Assembly (NCBI GenBank): GCA_038087875.1
Contig: CM075992.1
Location: 11,596,001 to 11,660,000 of the forward strand
From: Malacoraja senta
Lineage: Eukaryota
DNA length: 64,000 nt
Direction: 5' to 3'
Shown here in pieces: positions 1 to 13,429 of the stretch (positions are counted from its first letter, which is position 1; every line of letters starts with the position of its first letter). The notes below the pieces were generated by a model. It ran no database searches, was not told the DNA's origin, and saw only the letters and a program-made list of their open reading frames with translations. A program made the position numbers and the translations under genes.

Positions 1-1714
1 TAGACGGTGGTGTAGTCAGTGTTTACCAACCACAAATGTTCTCGCAAGTTCTGACCAATTGATGCATGTGGCCAAGTGCAGGAAGGAATCTCAGTCCTGG
101 GTTTTAGGAATGACTTCTTGTTCTCCAGGGCATAAGACGATAAGACTATGGAAAAGAATTAGGCCATTCAGCCTATCAACTTTACTCTGTCATTCAATCA
201 TGACTGATCAATTCTTCTCTTTCATCCCCATTCTCCTGCCTTCCCGTAACCAAGGATTTCAAAGGCACATTTGGTCTAAACCGCCCTTGCTCAGTAACTC
301 TTTGAATATTTCATGTCTAGACCACACCTTCTTACAAGTTATGAGAAATAATTATTAAAAGAGGAATGTGAACATATTAACAAGACCCACAGATCAGGAT
401 GAAACTTTTATTCAATAAAGGCCTGGCATTTAAAAAATATTGCATTTCCATGTATCAGTACAGTAACAAGGTGTAACCAGCTTGCCCTTCCTGCTTCCTC
501 CGTATGAGCCGGTGAAACCTCCTTTGTCTCACCTGCGGCAGTTACAGGGCAAACCCGGGGCACTGGGAACCACAGCCATGCTCAGCACTGGCTGCATTTT
601 CATTCATCAGCCTCAGGCAAAGGCAGGGTTGAGTGTTCCATCCCACACTGTCTTTGAGAGGGTGACAATGGGAGGTCCATCCATGAACCACTCCACCCAG
701 ATAATGTGGTGGTGAGATGGTGGTGGGTATCACTCAATGGTGACGGCTATTAGCTGGTGCCGAGGGGCTGGAGGGGCAGCAGCTCAACTCTCAGCTGCAA
801 CTTCTTGCCTCTTTCTTCCGAAGTTTGTAGCAAATTGAAACAGAGCGATGGAGGTAAGAATGGGGAGAGGGTGGCAACAGCAATGGGGCAGTCCCAGTGG
901 AGAGGCGAGTTACAGTCCCAAGCAAAGAGAGTCAGTGCGCTGTTGCTCTTGTGCTCTCTGTCTCTCGCTTTAGAAGCAGCTGTAGCAAGCTCTGCAGGGC
1001 TCTCGTGCTTTCAATCACATTCCCATCTCATGAACGCTTCTTGGGCCCTGTAAGGAAGCAGACAAGACATCGAGATCAGAAACTAACCACGTGGCAGCTT
1101 GTCGGGGCCAGGGCACCTGCTGGCTTTGGCTGAGGCAGCAGAGAACTAATGTTCTCATGAGCAGGACACCAGCACATCAGCCCTGCCAACCCCCACCATG
1201 GCACAGCCGGCAACACCACGAGAGCCAACACAGACCATCACTGCACCTGGGGCTGTCTGAGGTGATAGATGGGGGCAAAGGGTGAGGAGAGCGAGTGTCT
1301 TGGTGTGCGGGGAACAGTTTGTGGGTGCAGTGAGTGGCCGAGTTGGAGGATGAATATTTGGAGGAAGCATGTTTACAGTTTGTGGGAGAGTGTGTGAATG
1401 AGTGTGGGGAGTGTGTGTGTCAGCTTGTGTGACACTGAGTGGGTGGATATATGGCCAATGATGCAGGTTTGTATGTGGGTGTGTGGGAGGCAGTTTATGG
1501 GCTAATGTGTGGGGAATGGCTGGTGATGCTGTGTAGCACGACAGTGTAACCTGATCTAGGCAGTGTGGGCCATGGCCGGGCCAATGAGTGGAGCATTGGT
1601 CAGGTTCATTGGGATTTGGGTGGGTGAGTGCAGACTTGTGTACAATTGTAGGGTAGTGTGTGAATGGAGTGATCCCCTTACTCCAACAGCCACAGGACAA
1701 TGTGACATTGTGGG

Positions 1715-1940
1715 TGTCAGAGAACATGCTGCAGATCTGTGCCAGAGACCCGGGTTCGATCCTGACCTCAGGTGCTGTCTTTGTGAAATGTGGATGTTCG
1801 TCCTGTGACTGCATGGGTTTCCTCCGGGTGCTCCACTTTTCTCCTCGACCCAAAGAAATGTTGGTTACTTGGCCGCTGTAAATTTGCCCTTAGTGTGTAG
1901 GGAGTGGATGCACAAATGGGATAACATAGAATATATTATG
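1715..1940 (+). mobile_element. tRNA-derived SINE, HE1/V-SINE type
   Basis: B-box ggttcgatcc followed by V-domain-like tgcatgggtttcctccgggtgctcc. Confidence 0.75.
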
Positions 1941-2357
1941 AACGTTTACAGTTTTGGTCACCCTGCTCTAGGAAGGAGGTCACTCAGCTGGAAAGAGTGC
2001 AGAGAAGATTTACGAGGGTATTGCTAGAACTTGAGTGGGGTGGGATATAGCAAGAGGTTGTCAGGATAGGACTTTATTCCTTGGAGCACAGGCTGGCGAG
2101 GGTGATCTTCTAGAGATCAAATTATGTATAAAGTTATGAGGGGAATAGATAGGGTGAATTCACAGTTCTTATCAGGGGAGGGAAATCAAGATCAAGAAAG
2201 GAAAACATTTAATGCGAGAGGGGCAAGATTTAATACAAACCTTAGGGGCAATTTTATCACAGAAAGTGGTGGTTATATTGTATGAACTGTCAGAATAGGC
2301 AGTACTATAACTGCATTTAGAAGGCACGGAGAGGGTCCTGGATAAGGCCGCAAGGCT

Positions 2358-5300
2358 TTCTAAACTCCAGTGAACACAAGCCTAGTCTTTTCAATCTTTC
2401 TTCATATGACAGTCACGCCATCGCAGGGATCAATCTCGTGAACCTACGCTGCACTTCCTCAATCACAAGGATGTCCTTCCTCAAATTAGGAGACCAAAAC
2501 TGTACACAATACTCCTGATGTGGTCTTACCAGAGCCCTATACAACTGCAGAAGAAGCTCTCCTATACTGAAATCCTCTTGTTATGAAGGCCAACATTCCA
2601 TTAGCTTTAAAGGCCTGTCTCACGAGTCTGCGGTCTATGGCGGCGAAACGGGAAGAATCTGCCGCCATAGACCGCGCACTCGTGAGAAAATACAATTCCC
2701 GGGCCGTGCGGCGGTGTTCCCAACACCGCGCAGTGCTAAAATAAAATCGACAATGTCCAAAACTAAATACTCACTGCACAACCTCCACCAGTGATGCACG
2801 AGTGCGGCACGGCCGCTCGCACGGGCCGCCGCCAGTATGGCTCGAGCGCCGTGCGTCAAACCTCCACTGCCACAGCCGCCGCTGGTGAGTCACGTGCGGC
2901 GGGCCGACGTCATCGCAGTCGGCCCGCCCTTTTATTTACTTACCGCAAGCACGTGGGACCTGCCGTGTTTGAATTAACTCGGCCCCCGCGCAGCATCCGT
3001 GCAGCGCTCCGGTGGATAGGCTCGACGCTCTCGCCGTTGCCGCGCGGTCCTCGCTACCGGCGACGCCGCGCTTCACCGCCGATGACCGCAAACAGGTAAG
3101 ACAGAGCCTTTAGGTACACAAAAATGCTGGAGAAACTCAGCGGGTGCAGCAGCATCTATGGAGCGAAGGAAATAGGCAACGTTTCGGGCCAAAACCCTTC
3201 TTCTTCACTGCCTGCTGTACCTGTAAGCCAACTTTCAATGATCGGTGTACAAGGACACCCAGGTCTCGCTGTACCTCACCCTTAACTAACCTAACCCCAT
3301 TGAGATAATAATCTGCCCCCTTGTTTTTGCCACCAAAGTGGATAACCTCACATTTATCTATATTATACTGCATCTGCCACGCATCTGCCCACACACTCAA
3401 CCTGTCCAGGTCACCCTGCAACCTCTTAACATCCTTTTCACAGTTCACACTGGCATCCAGCTTTGTGTCATCTGCAAACTTGCTAGTATTGCTCCTAATT
3501 CCCTCTTCCAAATCATTAATATATATGGTAAACAGTTGCGGCCCCAACACCGAGCCTTGCGGCACTCCACTCGCCACTGCCTGCCATTCTGAAAAGGACC
3601 CGTTCACTCCTACTCTTTGCTTCCTGTCTGCCAAACAATTTTCTATCCACGTCAACACCCTACCCCCAATACCATGTACTCTAATTTTAGTCACCATCTC
3701 CCATGCGGGACCTTATCAAAGGCTTTCTGAAAGTTTAGATACACTACATCCATTTTACTTGTCACATCCTCAAAAAATTCCAGAAGATTAGTCAAGCATG
3801 ATTTCCCTTTCATAAATCCATGCTAACTTGGACTAATCCTTTTACTGCTATCCAAATGCCCCATTATTACCTCTTTACTGATTGATTCCAGCATCTTTCC
3901 CACCACCAAAGTCAGGCTAACTGGTCTGTAATTCCCCGTTTTCTCTCTCGCTGCTTTCTTGAAAAGTGGGATAACATTAGCTATCCTCCAATCCACAGGA
4001 ACTGATTGTGAAATCTATTGAACATTGGAAAATGATCACCAATGCGTCCACTATTTCTAGAGCCACCTCCCTGAGGACCCTGGGATGCAGACCATCAGGC
4101 CCAGGGGATTTATCATCCTTCAGTCCCATTAGCCTACCCAATACTATTTCTCCCCTCATGATAATTTCTTTCAGTTCCTCTACCCCCTTTGATCCTCTGT
4201 CCGCCACTAACCTCCTTCTGGGAGATTGTTTGTGTCTTCCTGAGTGAAGACAGATCCAAAGTACCTGTTCAACTCCTCTGCCATTTCCTTGTTCCCCATA
4301 ATAATTTCACTTGGGTCTGCCTTCAAGGGACCCACATCTGATTTTGCTACTCTTTTTCCCTTAACATATCTAAAGAAGCTTTTACTGTCCTTCTTTATAT
4401 TCCTGGCCAGCTTCCCCTGGTACTTCATCTTTTCAGCATGTATTGCCCGTTTTGTTTCCTTCTGTTGTCCTATGAAACTTTCCCAATCCTCTGGCTTCCG
4501 ACTACTCTTTGCTGTGTTATACATCTTTTCTTTTTAATTTTATTCTATCCCTAACTTCTCTTGTCAGCCACAGTTGCTTCCAACTCCCCTTAGAATCTTT
4601 CTTCCTTTTTGGAATGAAATGATCCTGTGTCTTCCGGATTATGCCCAGATAATTCTGCCATTGGTGTTCCACCGTCATTCCTGCTAGGATCCCTTTCCAG
4701 TCTACCTTGGCCAGCTCCTTTCTCATGCCTTCATAGTCCCCTTTGTTCAATTGCATCACTGACACTTCCGATTTAACCTTCTCCTTCTCAATTTGCAGAT
4801 TAAAACTAATCATATTATGATCACTACCTCCAAGCGGTTCCTTTACCTCGAGTTCTCTTATCAAATCTGGTTCATTGGACAACACTAAAGCCAGAATTGC
4901 CTTTTCTCTGGTCGGCTCCATTACAAGCTGCTCTAAGAATCCATCTCGGAGGCATTCTACAAACTCTATTTCTTGGGGTCCTGAACCAACCTGATTTTCC
5001 CAGACTACCTGCATATTGAAATCCCCCATCACCACAGTGGCCTTACCTTTGTTACATGCCAGTTTTAACTCCTGCTGCAAATTACACCTTACATCTGGTC
5101 TACTATTTGGGGGTCTGTAGATAACACCAATTAGTGTCTTCTTGTCTTTACAATTCCTCAACTCAATCCACAGTGACTCTACCTCGTCAGTCCCTATGTC
5201 TTCCCTCGCAAGGGACTGAATTCCATCCCTCACCAGCAGAGCTACCCCCCTCCTCTGCCCACCAGCCTGACCTTTCTATAGGATGTATAACCCTGAATAT

Positions 5301-5630
5301 TAAGTTCCCAGGCCCGATCCTCCTGCAGCCACGTCTCGGTAATCCCTATAATGTCATATCTACCAACCTCTTACTGAGCCTCAAGCTCATCTACTTTACT
5401 CCTTATACTTTGTGCATTCAAATACAATACTTTTAATTCCTTACGCATCTCACCTTTCACATCGATCCCTATTACACTTGGCCATACTCTCCTATCCATT
5501 TGTGAGCTTTCTTTCCCATTAATTCTGGGGTCATGAACTATCCCTTTACTTGTTATCCCTTTAACTCCGTCCTTGATTATCCCATTTGACACCACCACCC
5601 CCCCCCCCCCTCCATTATTTAGTTTAAAAC
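2358..5630 (-). mobile_element. CR1 LINE ORF2 (APE endonuclease + RT), inverted 5' portion
   Basis: ORFs 4517..5233 (YRPP, GDFN, SDH), 4207..4524, 3977..4207 (KSPGPDG), 3137..3697 ([14 protein letters not shown]). Confidence 0.92.
2611..3109. mobile_element. Non-autonomous Harbinger-type MITE
   Basis: Imperfect TIRs aggcctgtctcac...gcggtc / gaccgc...gtaagacagagcct, TWA flanks, GC-rich self-complementary interior. Confidence 0.7.
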
Positions 5631-5652
5631 TATAAACTATAAATAACTTTAG

Positions 5653-6037
5653 TATATAAAATTATAAAAGGACTGGACAAGCTAAATGCAGGAAAAATGT
5701 TCCCAATGTTGGGCGAGTCCAGAACCAGGGGCCATGTGCCTTAGAATAAAGGAGAAGCCATTTTGGACTTAGGTGAGAAAAAACTTTTTCACCCAGAGAG
5801 TAGTGAATTTGTGGAATTCCCTGCCACAGAGGGCAGTGGAGGCCAAGTTACTGGGTGGATTTAAGAGAGAGCTGGATGGAGCTCGAGCGGCCAGTGCAAT
5901 CAAGGGATATGGGGAGAAGGCAGGCATGGGTTATTGATTGGGGACGATCAGCCATGATCACAATGAATGGCGGTGCTGGCTCGAAGGGCCAAATGGTTCC
6001 TCCTGCACCTATTTTCTATATTTCTATGTTTCTATGT
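5653..6037 (+). mobile_element. CR1 3' end, continuation of the inverted element
   Basis: ORF2 C-terminus, 3' UTR and (ttctatgt)n tail. Confidence 0.88.
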
Positions 6038-6389
6038 ATAGAGGGATATAGGCCCAACGTGTAAATGGGACTAGCTTAGATTAGGCATTCTGCTCAGCAT
6101 GGATGAGTTGGGCCGAAGGGCCTGTTATGCGCTATAAGACTCTGAGATATGCGAGTCATGTTTTTTTACACAAAAGCTAAGTGTCTGGAATGAGTTGCCG
6201 GGTTTGGTGGTTCAGGCAGATACAATGGTGGCATTTAAGAGCCTTTTATATATTCACATGGATATGCAGGGAATGGAAACAAATGGATTATATGAAGGTA
6301 GATCAGAATTGGTCTTGGCAACATGTTTGGCACAGACACTATGGGCCGAAGGGCCTGTTCTTGTGCTGCACTGTTCTATGTTCAATGTT

Positions 6390-9080
6390 AGAGAATCATA
6401 CAGCGTATAAGCAGGTCCTTTGGCCCAACTTACCCACACCCCATCTACACTATTCTCACCTGCCTGCTTTTAGCCCGTATCCCTTTATACCTATCCTATC
6501 CATGTACCTGTCTAGATGTTTCTTAAACATTGTAATAGTAAATGATTCAACTACTTCCTCCAGCAGCTCGTTCCATATACCTACCACCTTTTGTGTAAAA
6601 GATTTGCCACTCAGGATCTTATTAAATCTTTTCCCCTTCACCTTAAACCTATGTCCTCTTGTTTTCGATTCCCTTTCTCTGTGTAAAAGACTGCATTTAC
6701 CCTATTTATTCCCCTCATGATCTTATACACCTCTCTAAGATCATCCCTCATCCTCCTGTGCTCACAGGAATAAAGTCCTAGCCTGATCAACCTCTCCCTC
6801 TAGCTCAGGTCCTCGAGTCCTGGCAACAACCTCGTGAATATTTTCTGCACCCTTTCCAGCTTAACATGATTCCTCTAACAGGGTGACCAAAACTGAACAC
6901 AATAGTCTAAATGTGGCCTCACCAATGTCTTGAACAATTGTAACAAGTCCTCCCAACATCTACATTCAGGCCAATGTGTCGAAAGCCTTCTTGACCACTC
7001 TATCTATTTGTGATGTCACTTTCAAGGAACTATGTACCTGAACCCCTAGATCACTCTGCTCTACAATACTTCCCCAGAGTCCTGCCATTCACTGTGTAGG
7101 TCCTGCACTGTTTACTTCCCCCATGCAACACCTCGCACTTACATTTATTAAACTTCATTAACCAATCTTCAGCCAACCAATCGAGATCCTGCTGCAAGTT
7201 TTGACAACCATCTCATTATCTACAATACCACCCTCTTTAGTGTCATCTGCAAACTTACTAACCATGCCTTGTACGTTCTCATCCAAATCATTGATACAGA
7301 TGACCAACAGCAATGGGCCCAGCACTGAACCCTGAGGTACACCACTGGTCACAGGCGTCCAGTGCAAAAAGCAACCTTCCACCATCACCCTCTGCTTCCT
7401 TCCCTGAAGCCAGTTTTCTATTCAGTCAGCTGGCTCTCCTTCGATCCAAGTTGATCTAACCTTCAAGAGCAGCCTACCATGCGGAACCTTGTCGAATGCC
7501 TTGCTGAAATCCATATATACAACGTTTACAGCTCTGCCCTCATCAAACTTTTTGGTTACATCTTCAAAAATCAGATTTGTGAGACATGATCTCCCACGTA
7601 CAAAATCATGCTGCTTATCCCTAATCAGCCCCTGTCCGTCTCAATGCATGTATATCATCCCTCGAAATACTCTCTAGTAACTTGCCAACCACACATGTTA
7701 GACACTGGCCTGTAGTTCCCTGGCTTTTCTCTGCAGCCCTTCTTAAAAAGAGGCTCAACATTTGCCATGCTCCTGTCATTTGGCACCTTCCCTGTATTTA
7801 ATTACAAACCGTAAATCTCAGCCAGGGCACCTGCAATTTTTTCTCTAGCTTCTCACAGTGTCCTTGTATAAATCTGATCAGGGCCAGGATATTTGTCTAC
7901 CTTCATACCTCTTCGACCATAATACTGCCCTCAAGCCTTTCAACCGCCCCGATGTGGGAGTTTCGATCACCCCGATGGGGGCTTTGATCGTCGCTGCGAT
8001 CGCCCCGATTGCGGATGGTTTGTCTGCCCCGACCGCGGGAGAACAAAGAGGAAGAAGATTGAACTTTATTGCCTTCCATCACAGTGAGGAATGTGGAATC
8101 CACCGTGATGGATGTTTATGTTAACTTTTATTTGGCTGTGTGTCTTGTTGCTTTTCACTTGGTATGGCTGTATGGTAACTCAAATATCATTGTACCTTAA
8201 TTGGTACATGTGGCAATAAACTGACCTTGAAACCTTGAAGACATTTCCATTGACTGCCCCAAGTTCCCCGGTCCTAATGTCTGTCTCCACGGTAAAAACT
8301 GAGGAGAAATATTATAGACCTTGCCCATCTCCTGTAGTTTCACACAGAATTGACCACTTTGATTCTTGAGGGTTCCCATTCTCACTACCCATTTTCCCGT
8401 AAAGTACATAAAATCTCTTGCAATTATTCTTAATATTATTTGTCTTTACTGCACCATTTTTGCCCTCCCGATTTCCTTTTTCAGCTTGCACCTCAGTTCC
8501 CGAAATTCCTCTAGGTATACACTTGATCCCAGCTGCCTATACCTGTCTCATGCCTCCTTAGACTTGACCAGAGCCTCAATTTCTCACATAATCCAAGCTT
8601 CCTTATGTTTGCCTGCGTTACCGTTTACTCTAACAGGAACATGAAGGTCATGGACTCTTGTCAGCAGATGTTTACAAACATCCCATTTCTGGATGGTCCT
8701 TTTCCTTCAAACAACCTTCTCAAACCAACATGAGCAAGTTTCTGTCTAATACCTTCAATGTTGGCCTTGCCCCAATTTAGGATTTTAATTCGTGGGCCCA
8801 CCTGGTCTCTATCCTTAACTAATCTCAACCTAATAGACAATGGCCGCTGGTCCCAAAAGGCTCATCCATGACCACTTCATCCACTTGTCCATTCCAATTT
8901 CCGAAGACAAGATCAAGCATTGACTTCTCTGGAGAAGGGCTCTCTTTATATTGCCGGAGGAAATGTTCCTGAATACATTTGACCAATTCTACCCTGTCTA
9001 AACCTTTTGCACTATGATATTCCTAGTTAATATTTGGAAAGTTTAAATCCCCTTCTATGATAACCTTATTGGTCCTGCAG
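6390..9080 (-). mobile_element. Decayed CR1 LINE (EN-RT-3' end), interrupted at 7910..8235
   Basis: ORF 7158..7388 [17 protein letters not shown] 6456..6641 CR1 C-terminus. Confidence 0.85.
7910..8235 (+). mobile_element. Short non-coding retroposon, hairpin family with Rex/Babar-like tail (partial)
   Basis: catcacagtg...caccgtgatg hairpin, ends ggcaataaa + (ccttga)n. Confidence 0.6.
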
Positions 9081-9310
9081 CTGCCATTTTCAATAAAGGC
9101 AGGCATAGCTGGGGCCTATGTGAATGCCCATGGCTATACTGTTGACTTGAGTCCATAATTCTGGTGACTGGTCACAACGTGCTCGCCCACACAGGCCAGT
9201 CACTTGCCCAGCCTCATTCCCCAATGGAAGGTCCAGCATTGCCCTTTCTCTGGTTGGCCATCTACATACTGTTTGAGTGAACGTTGATGAACAAATTCAA
9301 GGGGACTTAC

Positions 9311-9479
9311 CTGCTTGTTAAGGAGGCAGTGCAGGATGAAGATGAACATTCCTTGCATGCTGTTGATCACAGTGAAGATGTAAGCCATGACAATTGTTTC
9401 CTTCTGGAAGTGCAACATGCCAAATATCCAAGTACATCCCAGGAGGCAGAGTTGAGCGACAGCAGTGAAGATAAAGACC
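9311..9479 (-). CDS. ADGRE-like exon, TM6-TM7
   Basis: [56 protein letters not shown]; tgttttag acceptor, gtaagt donor; 169 bp. Confidence 0.95.
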
Positions 9480-10293
9480 CTAAAACAAGAGGCACAAGAA
9501 GCTGAATACAAGACAATACTTTACTTTGTGTCACTCACTACAGTGCATACTTTAAGGTGTAATATAAACTTCCTGCTGCTTCTAGATCCTCTCTTTCAAT
9601 TATTTGTGTTGACTGGGTTAAAATCCTGAAATCCCCATCAAACCAAACAGTGAGACTTCAATGCACAGACTGCAGCGATAGAGATATCAGCCAGTCAGCT
9701 GATACAATAAGTGAGCTATGACTTGTGGCACACCAAACATCAAAGGATTTATTGGAAAAGAAAAAATGATTATGTTGGCCTCTGCTGAGAAATGTTTGTT
9801 TCAAACAGAATAATGCAAAGCTGATTCCTTCTCACACTGATGTGTAACCAGAGAATGCCCACCCCCTAAACACATTCAGAAACCTCGACATACAACAGGA
9901 CAGGAATGGCAACTGAGTGATTCACATGCTTGACCTTCCACGTGTGGTACATAACCTATGACCCTGGAGGCGACAGTTCCCTCTATCTGGTCCACTCTAT
10001 CTGCCTGATGTTATTTCCCCTTTTGGAAAGTTTGGAAAGGGCCCAGCTATCAGTGCGTGAATCCCAAATCAGAACAGCAAACGGGAATGGCTTAGATGGG
10101 GCATCTTGGTCAGCATGGACAAGTTGGGACAAAGGGCCTGTTTCCATGCGGTATGACTCTAGGACCTGTCAGCATCAGCAACTTCATGTGAATAATGGAA
10201 AAGGATGGGAACGGGACAAGTGCTGGCCATTTGCATGACCTGGATACCGTATCAACCAAGGAAGGTACCAGCAGCCACACCAGTTGTTCTCAC

Positions 10294-10385
10294 CTGATTT
10301 TCTTCAACTGGCCCATATCAGGATTGACACTTGAAAACTTTGCAGCCAGTTTCAACACAGTGATAATAAAAAATCCTCCATTGAC
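10294..10385 (-). CDS. ADGRE-like exon, TM5-ICL3 (VNGGFFIITVLKLAAKFSSVNPDMGQLKKIR)
   Basis: ttcttggaag acceptor, gtgaga donor; 92 bp, phase 0 to 2. Confidence 0.9.
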
Positions 10386-10454
10386 CTTCCAAGAAAAGAA
10401 AAAGCCACATTATTCCGATTAAGACAGTGGTTTATTGAAATAATATTTTCTTGA

Positions 10455-11050
10455 TAATAGACAATAAACAATAGGTGTTGGAATAGGCCATTCGGCCCTT
10501 CGAGCCAGCACCGCCGTTCAATGTGATTATGGCTGATCATCCCCAATCAGTACCCCGTTCCTGCCTTCTTCCAATATCCCCTGACCCCGCTATCTTTTAG
10601 AGCCCTGTCTAGCTCTCTCTTGAATGTACCCAGAGAACCGGCCTCCACTTCCCTCTGAGGCAGAGAATTCCACAGACTCACAACTCTCTGTGAGAAAAAG
10701 TGTTTCCTTTTACTCCGTTCTAAATGGCTTACCCCTTATTCTTAAACGGTGGCCCCTGGTTCTGGACTCCCCCAACATCGGGAACATGTTTCCTGCCTCT
10801 AGCGTGTTCAACCACTTAATAATCTTATATGTTTCAATAAGATATCCTCGCATCCTTCTAAACTCCAGATTATACAAGCCCAACAGCTCCATTCTCTCAG
10901 CACATGACAGTCCCGCCATCCTGGGAATTAACCTTTTGAACCTACGCTGCACTCCCTCAATAGCAAGAATGTCCTTCCTCAAATTAGGGGACCAAAACTG
11001 CACACAATACTCCAGGTGTGGTCTCACTAGGGCCCTATACAACTGCAGCA
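10455..11050 (-). mobile_element. CR1 3' fragment
   Basis: ORF 10710..11042 [15 protein letters not shown]. Confidence 0.88.
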
Positions 11051-11693
11051 GATGTTATCTTTAATTCATTTCCATTTTCATAGAAAGATCTTGCAGTGCA
11101 TAAATAGTTACATTTGGACATGTTTGCTTCTACATTGATCCTCAACAATCATTTTTTAAAAGACAGTTTGTTCGCTAGTGTGTCAGACGACATTCTGCCA
11201 TCACTTTGCCTCAGCCTGTGCCACATCTGTGCCTCCGCGGAGATCGTCCGCAATGCATGCCTCTCCGCCGCAAGTCAGTAGGTGGGCAAAAAGACAGTGA
11301 TGTAGATATTACCGTAGTGTTCCATCAGCCCTGAGTGGATGACTTCAAATCTTCTCATATGCATTGTGAATCTACAAATATTTATGGACAGTCTAAAGAT
11401 TTATCACGAAATCCAGTGATAAAGACATAAATTTTACCAATGCTCTTTGGAGAACTTTCATCCAATCCGATACTGCTAAATATTAATACACAAGATTACA
11501 GCACAGGTTAACCTGACAGCAAGTTCAGTAGCTGTCACCATACCAGATTTGTGCCATGCTCCAAGGCCCCTCAGTTCCTCCGACCTGCCATTCACGGTTG
11601 ATGTCCTATCCTCATTAGTGGTTCCAAAACCCATCAGCTCATATTTACCTGAATTTCACAGACATTCTCTGTTTCATATTTTTCCAAACTTAC

Positions 11694-11754
11694 CAGAATA
11701 ATCACACAGACCAGGAAAGCCCAGAGAAATCCCGGCTTTAGATCCAACCAACAA
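11694..11754 (-). CDS. ADGRE-like exon, ECL2-TM5 (CWLDLKPGFLWAFLVCVIIL)
   Basis: ttccccag acceptor, gtaagt donor; 61 bp, phase 2 to 0 matches neighbours. Confidence 0.9.
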
Positions 11755-11808
11755 CTGGGGAAAGGGTAAAAAAAATGTTGTTTCCAAATGACACTGTAAA
11801 ATGTTTAC

Positions 11809-11813
<5 letters not shown>

Positions 11814-11839
<26 letters not shown>
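11814..11839. repeat. (CA)n microsatellite
   Basis: Direct observation. Confidence 0.9.
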
Positions 11840-11989
11840 GTACAGGTATGTTCCCACACCAGTAACATTGCTGCTCAGACGGCCTCCCTGCCATGTGTGA
11901 GGCTCGGCAGGAATCGACTATTCCCGTCATGGGTACATTGCTACCTCACTCAATTCTGTGTGGATCCATCTTGGCACTGTTGGTCTTCA

Positions 11990-12210
11990 TAAACATAATC
12001 AGACTTTATTAGCCAAGTATGTTTTGCAACATACAAGCAATTTGATTTACCATACAGTCATACCAATAAAAATCACCAAGACACACAAAATACATTTTAA
12101 CATAAATATCCACCACAGTGACTCCTCCACATTCCTCACTGTGATGGAAGGTGAAAAAAAGGTTCAATCTCCTCCCTTCTTTGTTCTCCTGCGGTCGGGG
12201 TCCTCGAGCC
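11990..12210 (-). mobile_element. Hairpin-family short retroposon, 3' part
   Basis: caccacagtga...tcactgtgatg hairpin at ~12110-12146. Confidence 0.55.
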
Positions 12211-12469
12211 TTCTGGTCTTTGTCCTTGTGCTGCAGGGAGTTGTGGCTGGGGTAGGGCTTTATTATGTTTAGCTATATTCTTTCCCTTGATGATTGTTCA
12301 GTGACCTTACCCCATCCATCTCCACTTCACCTCTCGTATCTGCCTCTCAGTCTCCCTATCCCACCCCAACTCACCTCCCCCTGAGCCGGAGAGAGGCAAC
12401 GTGTGACCTCCTTGAGAACAAGTTGGGGCTGTTGGTGAAAGCTCTTGCTCCATCCCTGGTAGACTATAT

Positions 12470-13425
12470 TTACAATATACAATATATATTAACGATTTAG
12501 ACAAAGGAATTACATGTAACATCTCCAAGTTTGCGGATGACACAGATCTCGGTAGCAGTGTGACCTGCAAGAGGGATGCTATGAGGCTGCAGGGTGACTT
12601 GGATAGGTTGGGTGAGTGGATAATGCATGGCAGATGCAGTATAATGTGGATACATGTGAGGTTATGCACTTTGTTGGCAAAAACAAGAAGGCAGATTATC
12701 TGAATGGTGTCAGATTAGGAGAAGGGGAGGTGCAACGAGACCTCGGTGTCCTTGTACATCAGTCACTGAAAGTAAGCATGCAGGTACAGCAGGCCGTGAA
12801 GAAAGCAAATGGCATGTTGGCCTTCATAGCGAGCGGATTTGAGTAGAGGAGCAAGTTGGTTCTGCAGCAGTTGTACAGGGCCATGGTTTATTGTGTGCAG
12901 TTTTGGCCTCCTAATTTGAGGAAGGACATTCTATAGAGGGAGTGCAGTGTAGGTTCATCAGGTTAATTCCCGGGATGGCGGGACTGACAGATGAAGAATG
13001 ATTGGATCAACTGGGCTTATATTCACTGAAATTTAGGAAGAGAGGTTAGCTTATATAAAATTCTGAAGGGATTGGACAGGCTAGATCCAGGAAAAATGTT
13101 CCCAATGTTTGGGGAGTCCAGAACCAGGGGTCACAGTTTAAGAAAAGGAGTTAGGCCATTTAGGACTGAGATGAGGAAAGACATTTTCATCCAGAGAGTT
13201 GTGAATTCATGGCTTTCTCTGCTACAAAAGGCAGTGGAGGCCAATTCACTGGATGTATTCAAGAGAGAGTTGGATATAGGTCTTAGAGCTAATGGAATGA
13301 AGGGATATGGGGAGAAAGCAGGGATGGGGTACTGATTCTGAATGATCAGCCATGCTCATATTGAATGGCAGTGCTGGCTCGAAGGGCCGAATGGCCTACT
13401 CCTGCACCTATTTTCTATGTTTCTA
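12470..13425 (+). mobile_element. CR1 RT C-terminus and 3' UTR
   Basis: ORFs 12616..12846 and 13072..13335; FADD-coding tttgcggatgac. Confidence 0.87.
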
Positions 13426-13429
13426 GACA

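Noticed and set aside
930..1048. Candidate ADGRE C-terminal exon (AQEAFMRW)
   Set aside because: Wrong phase relative to the acceptor, early stops, only weak resemblance to helix 8
1155..1853. 232-aa His/Thr/Pro-rich ORF
   Set aside because: Reverse reading of a GT-rich low-complexity tract plus a SINE
3321..3791. Long ORFs antisense to LINE ORFs (also 10624..11064, 29028..29513, 36383..36955, 50808..51350, 58244..58843)
   Set aside because: Shadow frames of TE coding sequence
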